A stretch of 64,000 nt of DNA from assembly GCF_000315625.1 (NCBI RefSeq), contig NW_005434648.1:534974-598973 (forward strand). Reading direction: 5' to 3'. Position numbers and translations under genes: made by a program. Source of the DNA: Guillardia theta CCMP2712 (Eukaryota > Protista > Cryptophyta). The notes below the pieces were generated by a model. It was not told the DNA's origin. It searched no databases and saw nothing but the letters and a program-made list of their open reading frames with translations. Below, piece by piece: positions 60,990 to 64,000 of this stretch; position 1 is the stretch's first letter, and each line of letters begins with the position of its first letter.

Positions 60990-63760
60990 GATGGCAGTCC
61001 TGATGGCATCGGCCGCCTGGCCGTCAGCGACAAGCGGCGGCAGATGGGAGGAGATGGAGAGGCGCATGCTGTACCTGAGGTGAGGGGGAGGAAGGGAGAT
61101 CCTGCTGGGTTCCTGCTCAGAGATCTGCTGCAGAGGTGGTCACGACGTCGACGACAGGTTCTGGAGCTTCCCGACCATAGAAAGGTCAGCATGCAGCGAG
61201 AGCGACAGACATCGCTGACTGACGTCTGCTCGCAGATCAAAAGTTAGCGAACCAGAGGTGTTTGATCCTGAGGATGATAAGACTTGCTGATGGCAATGAT
61301 GTTTTTGTAGAAGAAATCAACCCGATGCCATGTCAAGAAAGCGCAGAGAGAACCGAAGATGAATACTCCAAATTTGAGACTTGCGAGGCTTCTCTGGTGG
61401 AGACAAGAATATGAAAAAGCAGAGGAAAACTACTTGAAGACTTTATCTTGGAGCAGAAACGGTAAGGAGAGTTTGCGGGAGCGCCTTCACTCAGATTACT
61501 TTTTCGAACTCGCTCAGAATCAGACAGTCACTCGATCAAGTTCTGTGACGGAAGCTTCTGGTCTGCCGTGAGGTATTGAAGACAAGCATAAGATGTGATA
61601 GGTCTGCTGAGAGGTTTTTTGTGCTCTGCAGACCTCTTTCGGTATCTTCACATTTCAACGATGAAGCCGCGATTATCAGCGAGTTCTCCATGTTCTTGTA
61701 CGAAAAGCAAAGGTGCCCAAGGACCAGCGAACGTCTTCTGAGGTGATGATGAAGTCACCGATGTGGACATGTGAACAGGAAGACTGATCATCGCATGCGT
61801 CGCTAGGATGGTGCTAGAGGCAGATCCGATGTTCACCATCGCGATTGAATTTCTTGGAGACATCTTAGAGACGGTAGTGACCGCACGCGAGTCCATGGAG
61901 GAAGTGAGAGCGAGTGACTGCAGGAGGGGCGATGGGATGAAGCAGAGGCCTTTTACATGCGGTGAATCCTCCTGCTCCCAAACGTTTCGAACTGAATGTC
62001 TTCACTTCAAGAGCTCCCGGCCACACGGTTAGCAAGGAAAGAGATGAATCCAACAGCAAGTTTGTGATTGTCGACCCTTGCCCTGCGCATGCGACTTATC
62101 TTACAAGGTGTGAACTGATGTTCGATACCATGCAAGCCCTAAAGACATTACGATCAGGTTGGCAAGGGTGTTCAGACGATCGAATTATGTCGATCTTGCG
62201 ATGGAATACTTGAGGGCAGCCCTCACATTCAAACCTGATCATTCTCCTGCACTGCAACTGCAGGTAAATTCCCTCCTCCACATTTTCATCGTGTCCTTGA
62301 TAGAAGTCGAAGGGCGTCTGTCACTTAGACGTCGATGAACACATGTTGGCGATCAAGTGCTTCGAAGAGGTGTCAGCTTATAGTGCTCCTTCCATGTGAT
62401 GTGATGTCAGGCTTTGTCGCTCTCTCCTTCTTCTCTGGATGGTAAGCTTGCGATGGCTGAAGCAAAGAAAGGTTTGAATCGTTCCTACTATCACTTTAGC
62501 TTGAGATGATATCTCGGCTCGGTAGAGACTGGACAGTTCCAGGAGGTTGAAACCTTGTTCAAAGAGGCTTGCGAGAAGGAGGAAATTTGCAATTACTAAT
62601 AGATCTGCAATTCTGATTGGTATGTCCGATGCAGATGGTGTACAATCCTTCTTCTTCTGCTCTAGACTTTGTAAGGTCTCTCCAGCTGAAACGTGATGAG
62701 ATGCTTTTGTCGACGCCAGTCTGACGTTTCGCCTTGCAGGAGAAACTCTGGAATCGTATCATTGGAAACCTCTGTACAAGTACGCTGTGTACGCTCAGAG
62801 ACACAAAGATGATATCGAACTTGCGTCTGTCTTGTTCGAGAAGGCGTATGAAGCAGCGCCGCATAATGCCGAAGTTGGTCACAAGCTGTCTTTGCCTCTG
62901 ATTCATTTACATGTCATGTCAGTTGCTGGTTGGCTACACTCTATTTTGCATCCAAACTCCAGACAAGGAAAGATTTTGTTTTGCTGATGAGCCAAGAATT
63001 GTTCCCCATCATATACCATCCCATCCGAATTCCTTCCCTCTCCTCCCTTTCCTTCTCTCCTTTCGAATTTCCTAACATACCACTACAGATTTCAAAGGCA
63101 GAGAAGCTGGCTTACAAAGCCTACCAGCTACACCCGAAGGACCAGAACGTTCACAAGATCCTTGCCAATCTTCACCACAACCTCAACGACGACCGGTGAT
63201 CAAACATGATTCATCTTCCCGTTGTAAGAAGATTGATCTCAGCTCGGCCATGAAATCTCTGCTCAAAGCGCTGTGGCTGGAACCCAACGATCCTATCGCC
63301 CTCAATGATGTTGGCCATCTACTTGCAACTCAACACAAGTACGAGCATTGACTGCTTCATGTCTTTGAACGCTCTCTCTTCTTTCTCTCTACTATTGACC
63401 ACCCTGTACTTCACTTCTCCCTACTCGTTCTCTATGTGATTGTTTGTGACTTCATGGTAGCTATGACGAGGCAAGAAAGCGGTTCGAGCAGGCGAGAAGG
63501 GCGAATCCTCTCTATGTGCAGGCAGACATCTCCCTAGCAGCGCTCTACCTCGCCGTCGGTCAATATGAAGATGCGATGAAGTTTCGTGCGAGAGCTGAAA
63601 AGGTGATGGAAACATTGACGTGTACGTCTTAGTCCAGCTCTGGTGCTTTGGTACCTCGTCCTATGATGGTTGTTTGTCGGCAGCCTTGACTGCTCCACTC
63701 GTGTCTCTCCCTCACGTGCCCTCCTTGCAACGATTACAACGTGATTGACTAGTTCAGTAG
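60990..63760 (+). CDS. TPR-repeat protein, many short exons; ends approximate
   Basis: Exons such as QEYEKAEENYLKTL, LFEKAYEAAPHNAEV, AYKAYQLHPKDQNV and LLKALWLEPNDPIAL. Confidence 0.7.
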
Positions 63761-64000
63761 ACTGCGCCTGACTGCGCCCCGATGGAATTTGTCGCTGGTC
63801 TGGCAGAGCAGTATGGAGCTAAGTTCGGGGCGAGAGAAGGAGGAGGAGGTGTGGAGGTGGGGCTGGGAGAGGAGAAAGCGAGTAAGAAGCCTTGTGCTGA
63901 AGAAGGTAAAATGGTGAACTCTGCCTTGGTAAGTTCTACGGTGAGTTGGTAGAGGATGTGATTTGTGTGTCAGGGAGCGGTATCGATGGGAGATAGCAGC

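Overview
Gene-dense, intron-rich eukaryotic nuclear DNA with short GT-AG introns, CTGAC branch points and (CCT)n/(CCTGCT)n tracts. The style fits a cryptophyte alga such as Guillardia theta (inference). About 20 host genes are recognisable: cyclin, NACA, a thioredoxin-domain protein, DHHC palmitoyltransferase, WDR74/Nsa1, RMC1/Mic1, topoisomerase III, a PKD2-like channel, RPS3A, OPA3, a phosphagen kinase, prolyl 4-hydroxylase, a TrmY-like SPOUT methylase, FIS1, IFT88, an O-fucosyltransferase-like protein, TMEM230 and a TPR protein. The main interest is an accessory island at about 39.2-47.9 kb. It carries an intact, intronless 642-aa Fanzor (eukaryotic TnpB/Cas12-like RuvC nuclease, 40162-42090). 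Upstream lies a 90-bp tandem array and downstream a structured candidate omegaRNA scaffold (about 42087-42185, ending TTCAA), within short G-rich inverted ends at CCAT|GG sites. Next is a 1.2-kb ABC-F host-gene fragment bracketed by a 27-bp direct repeat and apparently circularly permuted. After it comes a second cassette with a frameshifted U-box/kinase gene and a membrane ORF between GC-rich hairpin blocks. Related GTACCCC/hairpin blocks recur elsewhere in the window. Coordinates of multi-exon genes are approximate.
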